Positions 1-12,563 of a DNA stretch of 64,000 bases are shown in pieces. Position 1 is the first letter of the stretch. Each line of letters begins with the position of its first letter. Both the position numbers and the translations under genes were made by a program. This DNA is from Octopus sinensis (lineage: Eukaryota): positions 90,210,001 through 90,274,000 of the forward strand of contig NC_043006.1 of NCBI RefSeq assembly GCF_006345805.1, in the 5' to 3' direction. A model generated the notes under the pieces. That model was not told the origin of the DNA and made no database searches. It saw only the letters and a program-made list of their open reading frames with translations.

Positions 1-503
1 CAGCAGAGTTGGTATTGGTGCTGGCTCCACATAAAAGACAAGCAGTTACCCACCTTCACTGACACCTCTGGTGACTAAAACTCACTGCAAAATAAAAACA
101 AATTTAATACACACATGCGAAAAAATGTGCTTAGTCAAACTTGGAACCCCACATGAAAATAATATCCACCCCACTCTAATTGCCCAACGAAACTAACCAA
201 TCTACTACAATGAAATCTCTCCCCAGCGAAATTACCAGCTCAAGAACAAAATTTAATGAAAGACCTACTGACTTTGCTTCCATTACCATCACATATGTAT
301 CAATTATTTTCACATCCTAACCGCTGTATCAATCTATTTTTCGCATTCTGAATAGATTTACTAAAACTAGTAAATCAAAACGATTGTAAATGCTACCTTC
401 ATCATTGCTTCTTTCTTCTTTATTATCTAATTAAATTAAAGGCATATCAGCAAAAACAACGAGTTTCTCTTCGTTATTTACATCCATTTTCTTCTCATAA
501 AAT

Positions 504-681
504 ACCCACTACGCTCTCAGAGTGGTTGGCGTTAGGAAGGGCATCCATCTGTAGAAACTCTGTCAGATCAGATTGGAGCCTAGTGCAGCCATCTGGTTCA
601 CCAGACCTCAGTCAAATCGTCCAACCCATGCTAGCATGGAAAGTGAACATTAAACGACAACGACGATGATGATGATGATGA
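504..681 (+). repeat. RTE-LINE 3' end fragment with (GAT)n tail
   Basis: CCCACTAC..GAGTGGTTGGCGTTAGGAAGGGCATCC..CCAACCCATGCTAGCATGGAAAG..TAAAC(GAT)n, the same terminus as the coding RTE copies at 12797-14390, 14420-16474 and 35705-36911. Confidence 0.8.
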
Positions 682-696
682 TATATATATATATAT

Positions 697-832
697 GGCA
701 TTAGGAAGGGCATCCAGCAATAGAAACACTGCCAGATCAGACTGGGCCTGGTGCAGCCTTCTGGCTTCCCAGACCCCAGTTGAATCATCCAACCCATGCT
801 AGCATGGAAAGCGGACGCTAAACGATGATGAT
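697..832 (+). repeat. second, shorter RTE-LINE 3' end fragment
   Basis: TGGCATTAGGAAGGGCATCCAGC..CCATGCTAGCATGGAAAGCGGACGCTAAACGATGATGAT. Confidence 0.8.
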
Positions 833-1444
833 ATATAAGAAATAGAATGAACAAGGTAATCTAGGGTGAATATATTATATTTTGAAGTTGAATAGTTTTC
901 CCATTACAAGATTTCTGCTAAAAAGGCATTCCTCTTGTGGCTCATTAACAAATACATTTGGTTGATGCTCTGATAAAATTCTTCAGTGATGTGCCATTTG
1001 AGAAATGTCCCTCCAATGAAAATGTTTTGGAAAAGCGGTCAACCATAACAATAATAGTTACACACACACATATATGTAGGATTAGAAACATTACTATATG
1101 GACACACACACACACATTCTCAAGCATACATGCACGCACTTATGTGTATTACACATAGAGGTATTTAAATAATGTTTATTATCTAAAAGTTAAAGGAACC
1201 TCTGAATCCTCATCTGCAGCATGTGTGTGTGTATGCATGATGATGATTCAGAAGTTCATTTAACATTTAAACATTGAGTAGAATTTTAATCAACTTGTGC
1301 ATAATTTATTGTATATATGTGCATGTATGTGTGTGTGACAGTATGTATCATATAAATATATATATATCATCAAAACATGGACTGGTTTTCATGATTTTAA
1401 TTTTGGTATTTAGTATTTCAACATTAAAAAAATTATTTTGTAAT

Positions 1445-1823
1445 TACTCTTTACTCTTTTACTTGTTTCAGTCATTTGACTGCGGCCATGCTGGAGCACC
1501 GCCTTTAGTCGAGCAAATCTACCCCAGGACTTATTCTTTGTAAGCCTATTACTTATTCTATCAGTCTCTTTTGCCGAGCCGCTAAGTTACAGGGACATGA
1601 ACATACCAGCATCAGTTGTCAAGCGATTTTGGGGGGACAAACACAGACACACATATACATGACAGGCTTCTTTCAGTTCCCATCTACCAAATCCACTCAC
1701 AAGGCTTTGGTCAGCCCGAGGCTATAGTAGAAGACACTTGCCCAAAGTGCCATGCAGTGGGGCTGAACCCGGAACCATGTGGTTGGTAAGCAAGCTACTT
1801 ACCACACAGCCACTCCTGCGCCT
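1445..1823 (-). mobile_element. tRNA-derived SINE (family A, CR1-like tail), full length
   Basis: Minus strand head AGGCGCAGGAGTGGCTGTGTGG (A box)..GGGTTCAGCCC (B box), internal GT/TA microsatellite, tail GGTGCTCCAGCATGGCCGCAGTCAAATGACTGAAACAAGTAAAAGAGTAAAGAGTA; several near-identical copies in the window. Confidence 0.85.
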
Positions 1824-3022
1824 AATGCTCACAAAGTTAAATTAGCACTTTCATACATTTGTGGTAATCATCAGATTTCAAATGCATTTAACTGACAGTT
1901 GAGTTCTTGACAATTTTAGAACCTCTTAGAAAGCTGAATTTTTAGAAAACCTTTTCACCACTCCACATGTATTTTAAACATTATGGTTTGCCAAACATAT
2001 TAACATTATGCAACTTGTTTATATTTATTAATCCACATCATTTACCGGTTTTTGTTATATTATTGCAGTTATTTCACTTCAGAACAAGTTTGAACCTTTT
2101 AATAAACTGTTTTTCTTTTATCTTTCTTCCAACCTCACTTGTGTCATGTACTTTATGGAAAGAAGAATAAAAATCACACACACACACACACACACACATT
2201 AGTCATAGGATTCGTTAGAATTTAGGCATGTCAACATCTAAGATGCCAGAAATGGCTAATTACAATACCTAGGGTACCCAGTAAGGCAAAAAAACCATGA
2301 AGGTACTATGTGTTGGTCAGATATTGTAGATATGTAAGTACCAAATAGAATTTGAACTACAGATAAAACTAAGGACTGATTCAGGGTAGAGTGGAGGTAT
2401 AAACAAAGAAAACAGATTGAGTTTGATGGCAGCTGCTTTGGTAGAATTTTATGGATTTATTCACAGATTATACCACAGCATGTAATCCACCATCTTCAGG
2501 TAAAATAAATAAACAGGTGAGATGATACCTGGATGATGATGAATCCAACCAACATTTTTGATTGATTTCTCCATTTACACTTTGCATTGTGGGGAGAGGG
2601 AGAGAGAATAAAAGTGTAATACAGAGACAGAGAGAGAGTTAATATGAGAGGTGGAAGATGAGTGTACATGCTAGGCTGGTTGGCAAGGAAGGAGTGAAAA
2701 TATGTTTAACACACACAGTGAGAGAGAAAGATATCACGTGCTATCTTGTCTCTGAGTTATAAGCTAGTTGTTTAGGCTGGTTACTGACGAGGATTCGCCT
2801 GGGAGATAGTATGGTCTTGCTAAATTATCTATTAAAAGATAGCAAACAATATTATTCTGCATAAGTAATCCGACCCCATGATATAACCATTGTATAACAA
2901 GGTAAAGGTTTTTATTTTTCATTTACTTCGAAATTTGCTATAAAATTGTGGTTTTTTGGCCATGTTGGCTGCTATTTCTAGCATGTAAAATTGCCTGTTA
3001 TAGGATAATTTTCTATTTTGAA

Positions 3023-3059
<37 letters not shown>

Positions 3060-3193
3060 TCAATAAATGGTGGCGTTGTGTTGACCGCACGTGGAGAAAT
3101 GATAAGCAATGAAAAATTGTAAAAATGCAGAATGTTCGATTGAAAGAAAATTTTAATGAATTGAGAAAATGAAAAAATATATAAATATATATT

Positions 3194-3235
3194 TATTCAA
3201 ACCGGTTTTCGTCATAGTTTGACTTATCAAGAATA
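3194..3235 (-). ncRNA. minimal type I hammerhead ribozyme, U3-A8 core variant
   Basis: Minus strand TATTC-TTGATAA-GTCA aacta TGAC-GAAAACCGGTTT-GAATA: stem I 5 bp, stem II 4 bp, palindromic stem III AACCGGTT, cleavage triplet UUU; sense to PLE1 and followed by AATAAA. Confidence 0.72.
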
Positions 3236-3867
3236 GCTAGGTGAAAAGATTTTTTAAAAATGAGAAAGGGGAAAAAAAGTTGCATTGTTTTTTGCAAAAG
3301 AATAATAGTAGTAAATATGTATAAAAATTAAAAAATAAGTACTCCGATACATTGTGAGTTCGTTGTGTATCTTGAGTTTAATGATTGTTCATGAAAAAAT
3401 TACCTTGAGGTATTAGGATCCAATGGGATTAAGGCCATGTGTTGTTTGGTTTAATTTAGGATGTTGGCAAAAACAGGAAGTAGTAGTAATTGTGGTTCTT
3501 CAGTTCCTGTGTTGTGAACAAGGGGAGACAACTCTTTTGAGTTCTTCAATAAAAGCTGCTGATAAACCCAAATTATAAAATTGTCATTTTAGCTTCATTT
3601 GCATTATCTTTTTTATATAATTGTTTGTTAATTTAACTTTCAGATTTTAACATTTTATTTATATTATTTTCTAATTATATAAATTTGCATAGACAATTGC
3701 ATTTCAGATTGTTATATCTTAAATAATAAAGATGATGGTAATAACAACAATAGTAGAAATGATATTTAAAGAGTATAAGTTTTTGCTTGAAGTGATGAAT
3801 CTATGGTATCCTTATATATTTGTGTGAGTCCATCCATGAAGAATGAGGTAGAAAAAGGGAAGTTTGA

Positions 3868-5952
3868 TCAACGAGGGGTTTGTATATTAAGTTGTGTTTG
3901 GAATTTTTCAATAAAGAGATTCTCCTTGTTAATTCTCTCCTGTGTGGTGATGCCGTCTTTACATTGGTAGAAAGGGAATATATAGAATTTGGGGTTTAAG
4001 TCTTTAGCGCATGAGTCTATGTGGCCACTCAGTGGAATTTGTCGGTATTCTGGGAGATTTATTTGTTCTTTATGCACCGCTACTCGTTTACGTAACGGGA
4101 GACTCGTTTGTCCAACATAATTATGTTGGCAACCAGCGCATGTGAGAACGTAGATAAGGTTCTCGGAGGAACAGGAGAAGTTAGTCTTGATTTTAAACTT
4201 CGTACCTTGTTTGAAGGTAAATTCAGAACCTTCAAGTAGGAGAGGGCATGTCCCACAGTTTGGGCATGCACATTTTTTTACTGTTGGGGGTGGATGTGGT
4301 GTGTGAAGTTTGGCATTTGTCAAGAGTTTTTTTAAAGATTTGTGTTGCCTTTTACATTTGAGGATTTTGTGTGTATTTATAATGTTTTTCATTTTGGGGT
4401 CTGTTGACAGTAGACTGAGGTTTTGTATGATTGTGGTGTATGCTTCGATATTTTTGGGGTTGTGGGTGGAAATGTATGGAAGTATTTTGAGGTTGTGTGT
4501 GGTGTTAGGTTGGGTAGTTTTCAGTGTAATGTTATCTAGTTCTTTGGCGCGTTTTATTCCATACTCTATAAGGGTGGAGGGATATTGGCGTTGTAATAGT
4601 GTTTTTTTGAGGTCTTGAAGGCGTATTTCTCGTGTTTTTGGATCCGAGACAATGGTGCATACCCTTTTAGCCAAATTGAAAGGGATATTTGTCTTGGTGT
4701 GTTTTGGGTGGCATGAACTAAAGAGGAGGTATTGTTGTGAGTCTGTGGGTTTGTGGTGGATGTCTGTTATGATTTGGTTCTTAGGTGTTTTATAATTAGG
4801 AGATCAGGAAAGGTAGATGATGTTTGCTTATTCCATAGTGAATTGGATGTTGGGATGTATGTTGTTTAGTATGGTTTTGAATTCCAGGAGTTTTTCATAA
4901 GGTTCTTTCCATATGATGAAACAATCATCCAAATACCTTTTCCAGTTTTCCTTTAGGTAGGTGTGGAAAACATGTCCAAATTTCTGGTGTGTTATTTCAT
5001 AGAGTGATAGTTCAAAGAAACCCATTATGAGGTTCGCAAGGACTGGTGCAGCCTTGGTACCCATCGCAATACCACATTTTTGACGGTAGTGTGTGTCGTC
5101 GAAGAGAAAAAAATTGTTGGTCAGAATGAACTTCAGAGATTCTGTAATAAAAGTCTTGTTAATGCGGTCAGGGAATGTCTCTGGGTGTTTTTCTAGCCAG
5201 AAGTCAATTGCCTCTATACCATACTCATGTGGGATGTTGATGACATCAAAGGATACCAGGAGCGCCTCCTCGTTAACTGTTTTCGGGAGGTGTTTGAGCA
5301 TGTCCAGATCATCCCTAATGAAACTTTTGATGTGGGTAAGGAAAGGTTTCAAAAGGATGTCTAGGAAATTACTCAGGCGGTGTGTTTCACAGGAGGTGCC
5401 AGCCACGATGGGCCTTAGTTTTAGGTCCTCCGGTGCTTTGATGTTGATGTGTATGTCAGTGGCGAGTTTGCAGGCTTCGGTGATGTATTTGTTTTTATGG
5501 ATTTTAGGAAGGCCATAAAAAAGGCTGGGCTTGCATTTGAAATTGGTGATATAATCCCTTTCTTTTTCTGTGAGTCCCTGACCGTGTTGGCGTATGAGTG
5601 TGGTGAGGTTTCTGATTGTTTTTTGCTGTTTATAGTTGTTAATAACCTCATAGAAACTGTTATTGTTAAGCATGGAAAGCACTAGGTGTTTATAAAATTC
5701 CGTGTCCATAAGGACCACAGCGCTCCCTTTATCAGCTTCTTTAATGGTAAGGTTTTTATCCAGTTGTATGTCACGTAGGTTTTTCCATTCTTCCTTACTG
5801 AAATTGGATTTTACCTTGGTTTTGCTTGGGGTAAAGGGGGGACTCTGGATGTGTTTGCAAAAATCGTCCAGTGTTTTATTTCTCCCTTTTGATGGTAGGA
5901 AGTTGCTTTTATTTCTGATCAATGAATCGTCCCCATTGTTGATATCTGACAA
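3868..5952 (-). pseudogene. PLE reverse transcriptase + GIY-YIG endonuclease (disrupted)
   Basis: ADKGSAVV, YGLPKIHK, LRPIV, GIAMGTKAAP, RYLDD, HKPTDSQQYLLFSSCHP, CPNCGTC, NLIYVLTC..YVGQT..LRKR..H..E..LN. ORFs 4828-5952 and 3868-4674 share a frame and are separated by two stops near 4800-4830; motif A reads FDVINIP, lacking the usual LYT residues. Confidence 0.9.
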
Positions 5953-6749
5953 GGCTTCTGTTAGACGAAGTTTTCTGCAGAATTCAGAAATGTCATCCTT
6001 GGGGTGGGTGTGAATTTCAAACCTCTTGCTAGGATGTTGATTTGGGTTGGTGTCAGTGTTTTGCTGGAGAGGTTTATAATTTTTGTTTTCATATTTTGGG
6101 TCTGTGTTAGCGGTGGTGTTTGTATTTTTCCCCTCTGTCTAAAAAATGGTTGTTGAGGTAAGGGGTGTATTGTCTGTTAAAGTTCTGGTTGTATGTGTAG
6201 GGGTGTTTTTGGGTGGGGAGGTTGGAGGGGGGTAGGTAGTTGTAGTATTTATGTTGGTATGGGATGCGATGGTGTAAGGTTTTGTGAGAAATGCGATGGG
6301 TTTGTGGGTGTGTGTATGGTAGATTGTATGGGGGGATGTAGTTGTGGTGATTGGGTTCGTGTGGGATGTGAGGGTTTGGAGATCTGTAGGAAATGTGGTA
6401 GGAATGTGGTTGTTGGATGGGTGGACTATAAGGGGTTCGTTGGGTGGGTATTATATGTATCGGTGTGGGTAGGATGCCTTGTTTGTTATTAGTGTGAGGG
6501 AGGGGAGTATTGAGGGGGGGGATAATTCCTAGTGTATGGGAGGTTCTTGATGGTTCTTGTCGGTGGGGGAGGGGTGTTAGAGTGACTGGAAAACCAGGTT
6601 TTGTGGTGGGTCTTGTTTGAGATGTTTCGGGGAGGATAAAGTTTTTTATATGGTTGGGGGAGGTTGTGTCCTATTAGGAGGGGGACATATATATGTATAT
6701 ATACATACATATATATATATATATATACATATATATACATATATATACA

Positions 6750-7310
6750 TGGCCCCGTGTCAGTGGCACGTAAAAGCACCATCCGTTCGTGTCCGTTGCC
6801 AGACTCGGCTGGCCCCCATGCCGGTGACACGTAAAAGCACCGTCCGCTCGTGGCCGTTTGCCAGCTCTGTCTGGCAACCCTGTCGGTGGCACGTAAAAGC
6901 ACCATCCGTTCGCGTCCGTTGCCAGCCTCGGCTGGCCCCCGTGCCGGTGACACGTAAAAGCTCCGTCCGTTCGTGGCCGGTTGCCAGCTCTGTCTGGCCC
7001 CGTGTCGGTGGCACGTAAAAGCACCATCCGTTCGTGTCCATTGCCAGCATCGCCTGGCCCCGTGCCGGTGACAGGTAAAAGCACCATCCGTTCGTGGCCG
7101 TTCGCCAGCTCTGTCTGGCACCTGTGCAGGTGGCACGTAAAAAACACCCACTACACTCGCGGAGTGGTTGGATTTAGGAAGGGCATCCAGCCGTAGAAAC
7201 ACTGCCAGATCTGACTGGGCCTGACGAAGCCTTCCAGCTTCACAGACCCCAGTTGACCCGTCCAACCCATGCTAGCATGGAAAGCGGATGCTAAACGATG
7301 ATGATGATGA
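6750..7310 (+). repeat. RTE-LINE 3' UTR fragment with ~60-bp tandem repeat (about 6-7 units) and (GAT)n tail
   Basis: Unit ~CCCGTGCCGGTGGCACGTAAAAGCACCATCCGTTCGTGGCCGTTGCCAGC..CTGG repeated 6750-7145, then the standard RTE terminus. Confidence 0.85.
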
Positions 7311-7410
7311 TATATATACATATATATACATACATATATATATATATATATACATATATATACATACATATATATAAATATATATATACATATATATACA
7401 TACATATATA

Positions 7411-7635
7411 TGTAGGTCCCGGGTTGAGTCGGGGTTAACCACAGTAAATAGGTATTCAATACATGGCAGAGTAAATTAATTTATTTATAGAAGGAGCTTC
7501 TACAGGACTAGAACTGTTTCAAATGAAATCATCAGGAAGCTAGGCGTCAAGAATCTTGACGCCTAGCTTCCTGATGATTTCATTTGAATGAAACAGTTCT
7601 AGTCCTGTAGAAGCTCCTTGATAAATAAATAATAC
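7411..7635. mobile_element. small PLE-type remnant forming a ~75-bp-arm fold-back
   Basis: Inverted arms about 7478-7552 and 7554-7630 centred on CAAGA-A-TCTTG; hammerhead core in each arm; AATAAA downstream; embedded in (TA)n. Confidence 0.7.
7565..7615 (+). ncRNA. type I hammerhead ribozyme
   Basis: AGCTTC-CTGATGA-tttcatttgaat-GAAACAG ttctagtc CTGTA-GAAGCT: stem I 6 bp, weak stem II (TTC/GAA), stem III ACAG/CTGT, cleavage triplet GUA. Confidence 0.65.
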
Positions 7636-7661
7636 ATACATATTATATAACATACATAATA

Positions 7662-7693
<32 letters not shown>

Positions 7694-7709
7694 CATACAT
7701 ATATATAAT

Positions 7710-7744
<35 letters not shown>

Positions 7745-8193
7745 CATACATATATATGCATACATCTATATATATATAAGATTACATATTAATACATACA
7801 TATATATATACATATATACATACATATATATATATATAATATATAATACATATAAATAAATATACATATATAAATATACATATATATACATACATATATA
7901 TATATACATATATATACATACATATATATATATATATATACATATCTATACATACATATAATATATATATACATACATATAGATATACATATATATACAT
8001 ACATATATATATCTACATATATAACATACATATATATAATAAATATATATACATACATATAATATGTATACATATATATACATACATATATATTATACAT
8101 ACATATATATATACATATATATACATATATATAATATATACATATATATACATACATATATATATACATATATATACATACATATATATCTAC

Positions 8194-8269
<76 letters not shown>

Positions 8270-8557
8270 ATACATATATATACATACATATATATAAATA
8301 TACATATATATACATACACATATATATGCATACACATATATATATATACACATATATATATATACATAATATTACATATATATATATATACATATATATA
8401 CATATATAATATATACATATATATACATACATATATATATATATACATATATATACATACATATATATATACATATATATACTTACATACATATATATAT
8501 ACATATATATACATACATATATATATATTTATATATATATGTATATATATATATATA
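7636..8557. repeat. long (TA)n/(TACA)n compound microsatellite
   Basis: ~900 bp of TATA/TACA units. Confidence 0.95.
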
Positions 8558-8870
8558 TCACCGTACTCACCGTGACCGACCAGGCTATCAGATGTCGCTA
8601 CACATCGCTGGTCACAATGCGCTTCGCATTGTTTTAGCCTTCAAATGACGCCACCCCACTGGCTAAGCGAGCAGGCCAACAGAAGGAAGAGTGAGAGAAA
8701 GTTGTGGCGAAAGAGTACAGCAGGGATCCCCACCATCCCCTGCCGGAGCCTCGTGGAGCTTTAGGTGTTTTCGCTCAATAAATACTCACAATGCCCGGTC
8801 TGGGAATCAAAACCGCGATTCTACAACCGCGAGTCCGCTGCCCTAACCACTGGTCCATTGCGCCTCCACA
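8558..8870 (-). mobile_element. tRNA-derived SINE (family B)
   Basis: Minus head GAGGCGCAATGGACCAGTGGTTAGGGCAGCGGACTCGCGG..GGTTTTGATTCCC; homologous to the plus copy at 16625-16935. Confidence 0.85.
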
Positions 8871-8871
8871 C

Positions 8872-8922
<51 letters not shown>

Positions 8923-8985
8923 TATTACATATATATATACATATATATATATATAATATATATATATTATATATGTAATATATAT

Positions 8986-9191
8986 ACTCTTTTACTCTTT
9001 TACTTGCTTCAGTCATTTGACTGCGACCATGCTGGAGCACCGCCTTTAGTCGACCAAATCGACCCCAGGACTTATTCTTTGTAAGCCCAGTACTTATTCT
9101 ATCGGTTTCTTTTGCCGAACCGCTAAGTAACGGAGACGTAAACACACCAGCATCGGTTGTCAAGCAATGCTAGGGGGACAAACACACACAC
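8986..9191 (-). mobile_element. SINE family A, 3' half (split by PLE2 insertion)
   Basis: Matches 1445-1650; the 5' half resumes at 12625-12788. Confidence 0.8.
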
Positions 9192-9232
<41 letters not shown>

Positions 9233-9342
9233 AATTTGGGGTGAGTACTTGATAATTATAAGCACCTGTGTATGCCGTTTGGTGGTGTAGGTGGTGGAGT
9301 AAATTGATCAAAATAAAATAAAAACATGATGCGAAGGATTCA

Positions 9343-9420
9343 GCGGTACATATGTTTCTGGCCTTTATTAGACAGATTTATAACAATGCATAATGTATGT
9401 CTGTGGCCTTCTTCAGCCGT
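9343..9420 (-). ncRNA. type I hammerhead ribozyme in the PLE2 3' pLTR
   Basis: Minus strand aCGG-CTGAAGA-AGGCC..41 nt..GGCCA-GAAACATATGTA-CCGc; palindromic stem III ACATATGT, GUA site. Confidence 0.68.
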
Positions 9421-11307
9421 GCACAGCAGCTTCCACAAGGACATGTGTTACATCAAAAATTCTTGGTTGGGGATGCAAATCCTCTCATTCGCGTACGACA
9501 TAATGCGGCAGCAGCATAGAATTGAAGCGTCCATCTCTTTCTTCTCTCAATGTAGAATGAGGAAAACTGGATGTTGAGGTAATGTAATAAATAAATACAT
9601 ATATAGACGTGAAGATGGAGGGGCGAGAATTCGGGACCAGGGATAAAAAATGTATAAAAGGTGTAAGTATAGAAAAATATAAAATGTAGAGCATAAAGAT
9701 ATAAAGAGTTATAAGGAGATGTAAAGGGGTATAAAGAATATAAAGAATATAAAGAAATATAAATAAATGTAAAGGCATAAGGTTATAAGTAAAAATAAAA
9801 AGAAATAGAAATAAAAGTAAAAAATCATGATAAAAACATGATAAAAATGTAAAAGAATGTAAAGATAAGGGATGTATAGAGGTTACGGACAAAGCATGGT
9901 GGTCAGGAGATTGATAAAATTTAGTTGTAGAATTGTCAGTAAATCAACAGTTTCGTCTGGGGACCTAATGTGTTGTAAATCAGAGCTGATGAGCATTTAA
10001 TCTGGTTCCTTGAATTAAATGGACTTCTAGTACATATATATCATCATGGATACATACACCCACATACCCGCGTACATATACGCCTCCAAGCCTATAAGCA
10101 TACACACGCACTCGCGTGTAAACATGTACATAAACACACACGCACCCACACGCATGCGCGTACACATACATACATACAACAGAATATCCGCATGTATACA
10201 CGGACACTATACGCGTACACACTCACATGTACATACGCGCGCCTATCCCTACATACACACACGTATATGCCCACGCCTCTAGGTCTAGATATAAGATATT
10301 AAAGGATGTATATAAGAACGTATGTAAAAAGTCACGTACTCATGTCTATACGTGCACGCACACACGGCTGTGTGTCCGCATGCGCGTGCACATATACACT
10401 CACATACACACACAGAGACACACGCGCATATGGGTATAGCTATAAGATATCGAAATATGTATGTACATATATGCGCGTGCATATGTATGTATGCGTATAC
10501 ACACGTACGCGGACGCTCGTATAGTCAAAAAGTGGATCCATAGGTAAGTAAATAAACATATATAGAGGTGTAAAGCGATAAGTTAGGGGTAAGAATGAGG
10601 GTAAGGGTAAAAATTAGAAATAAAAAATACAGTATAAAATAAGAAATACAATGTAATAGTTAGAAATGAAATATAAGAATTATAAAAATTATAAGAGTTA
10701 AGGTAAGGGATGAAAATAAAAATGAGAATAAATGGAAGTAGAATAAAAATAAATGGAAGTAGGATAAAAGCAAAAATAAAAGTAAAAATAAAAATAAAAT
10801 AAAATAAGATAAAAATATAATTTGGTAAAGTTTAACATGAGATGAAGGTGGTTGAAAGTTAGAGGTGTGTGTTAAACGTAGGGGCGGGCGGGGGGAACTG
10901 AAAATTGGAAGGGTGGGAAGTGGAGTTTGGCGGTGTGCGTTCAACATCCGAGTTAGAAATGTGAAAGGGTATAGATATAGGGAATTAAAGAGACTATATA
11001 GGGAGGGTATGGGTGTAGGAGAAGAAATATTTAGGGAAAAGAAGTCATATATGGGAGACAAAATTTGTATATATAGGAGGAAAATGCAGGGAACCGTATA
11101 TGCACATACACACACCCACACCACACACACACACACACATGTATATATATATATATATATATGTACACACACGTACACGTATGTGCACATACACATACAT
11201 ACACACACACATACGCATATACACGCACATATAGGAAAGCGGGATGTGCTGGAGCCGATAGGTTGCACCGGGTGGGAGGAAATTGCATGGGGGAGTTGGT
11301 ATAAGAC

Positions 11308-12270
11308 CTAAGCTTTGTAGTATTTGAAAGTATTAATAAGTTTGTGTATACAGGATGGTTTGAACTCTGACCTTTTGTTAATAAGATTGTGTTTGTCTTT
11401 GAATTTCAAGATGTACAGGAGTTCTACACAACATAGTTGGCATCTTGCTCTATTATTTAAATAAGGTGCAGCTGATCCGATGATGGACCATCTGAGTTTG
11501 AAGCCTATGCATTTGTCTTTTAATTCCCAAATTCTTTTAGAGAGGGAGGTGCTGTTAGCCTTATGTCTGTGTCTCAGTGAGGACCGGTGGTTGTAGTATC
11601 TGGATTTCCAGGAGGTTGAGCAACCAATATAGGTGAGTGTGTTAAACTGAGTACTCACCTCACATGAATATATTACGTTTTTCGCCCTACATGCACCCTG
11701 CAGCGGGCACTCTGATGCACATCTGCAGTTGCATTGCATTGCATTATTCGGTCGTGTGCTGCTAATCCCAGGCGGAGATGTTGCAATACGAGTGGGGGCG
11801 TTGTTATCCTCCTGGTTGTTGATGGGTGTAGTATTTCCTCTGTTGTGTTGGCGGGTGTTATTACTAACTGTTTGGGTAGTATGGCTACCAGTCTGGTATA
11901 TTTGTCTACTGTCTAGATGAGGGGGTTCTGTTGGTCGCTATGGTTTGCTCTTGATCTAGCTGTTCTAATATTAATATAGTTATGTTTAGCTATGAGGCAG
12001 CTCATGTTGGGCAAGGGTAGAGTAGGAAATCCTAATAGTTTTGTTGGAGAAGATACTTCTATACTTGTGGGTGGGTGGGAAGTTGTTGGAAATTATAGAG
12101 AATATTCTCTTACATAACTTACCCCTAACTGCTAAGTTGTAAGGTATGTTGAACCATATATATTTGCGTAATCTACTATTATCCCTTCTATTTCTCCTAA
12201 TAGGATCTATATTGCTCTCGTCGGGAGGGTTACTATTGTGTGCTAATCTATTAGTTCGCCTATTTCCTAT
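11308..12270 (-). pseudogene. PLE C-terminal region with GIY-YIG endonuclease (frameshifted, RT lost)
   Basis: CNCR..CPLQGAC..VIY..YIG..K.RY.NH..ST.LS..IW.LK..W.I..PY..CQLC..E..INKRSE..C.H in ORF 11308-11739; the WFNxPY region lies upstream across a frameshift near 12015. Confidence 0.85.
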
Positions 12271-12485
12271 ACGAATTCTCGCCCCTCCATCTTCACGTCT
12301 ATATATGTATTTATTTATTTACATTACCTCAACATCCAGTTTTCCTCATTCTACATTGAGAGAAGAAAGAGATGGACGCTTCAATTCTATGCTGCTGCCG
12401 CATTATGTCGTACGCGAATGAGAGGATTTGCATCCCCAACCAAGAATTTTTGATGTAACACATGTCCTTGTGGAAGCTGTTGTGC

Positions 12486-12563
12486 GCGGCTGAAGAAGGC
12501 CACAGACATACATTATGCATTGTTATAAATCTGTCTAATAAAGGCCCGAAACATATGTACCGC
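12486..12563 (+). ncRNA. type I hammerhead ribozyme in the inverted PLE2 pLTR
   Basis: GCGG-CTGAAGA-AGGCC..GGCCC-GAAACATATGTA-CCGC; stem I 4 bp, extended stem II, GUA site. Confidence 0.72.

Larger units (their letters stand above)
3060..6690 (-). mobile_element. Penelope-like element 1 (Neptune-like), decayed near-full-length copy
   Basis: RT + Cys linker + C-terminal GIY-YIG in one frame, Pro/Thr/Asn-rich N-terminal region 6010-6690, 3' region with hammerhead and AATAAA, bounded by (TA)n tracts. Confidence 0.85.

Noticed and set aside
2425-2510. Minus-strand CTGAAGA with a TGGT/ACCA stem
   Set aside because: GAAA and stem I are not recoverable; at best a heavily decayed ribozyme
6750-7145. 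CRISPR-like regularly spaced repeat
   Set aside because: Contiguous tandem units without unique spacers, inside a eukaryotic LINE UTR, with no cas genes
6489-7265. 258-aa ORF with repeated RTDGAFTCHRHG
   Set aside because: Antisense translation of the RTE 3' UTR tandem repeat
7540-8514. Long Y/I/M/C/V-rich ORFs (also 34006-34886, 36893-37660 and many others)
   Set aside because: Translations of (TA)n/(TACA)n microsatellites
9984-10030. CTGATGA followed by a CATTTAAT/ATTAAATG stem (hammerhead or SECIS?)
   Set aside because: No GAAA after the stem, no apical AA motif, and antisense to PLE2
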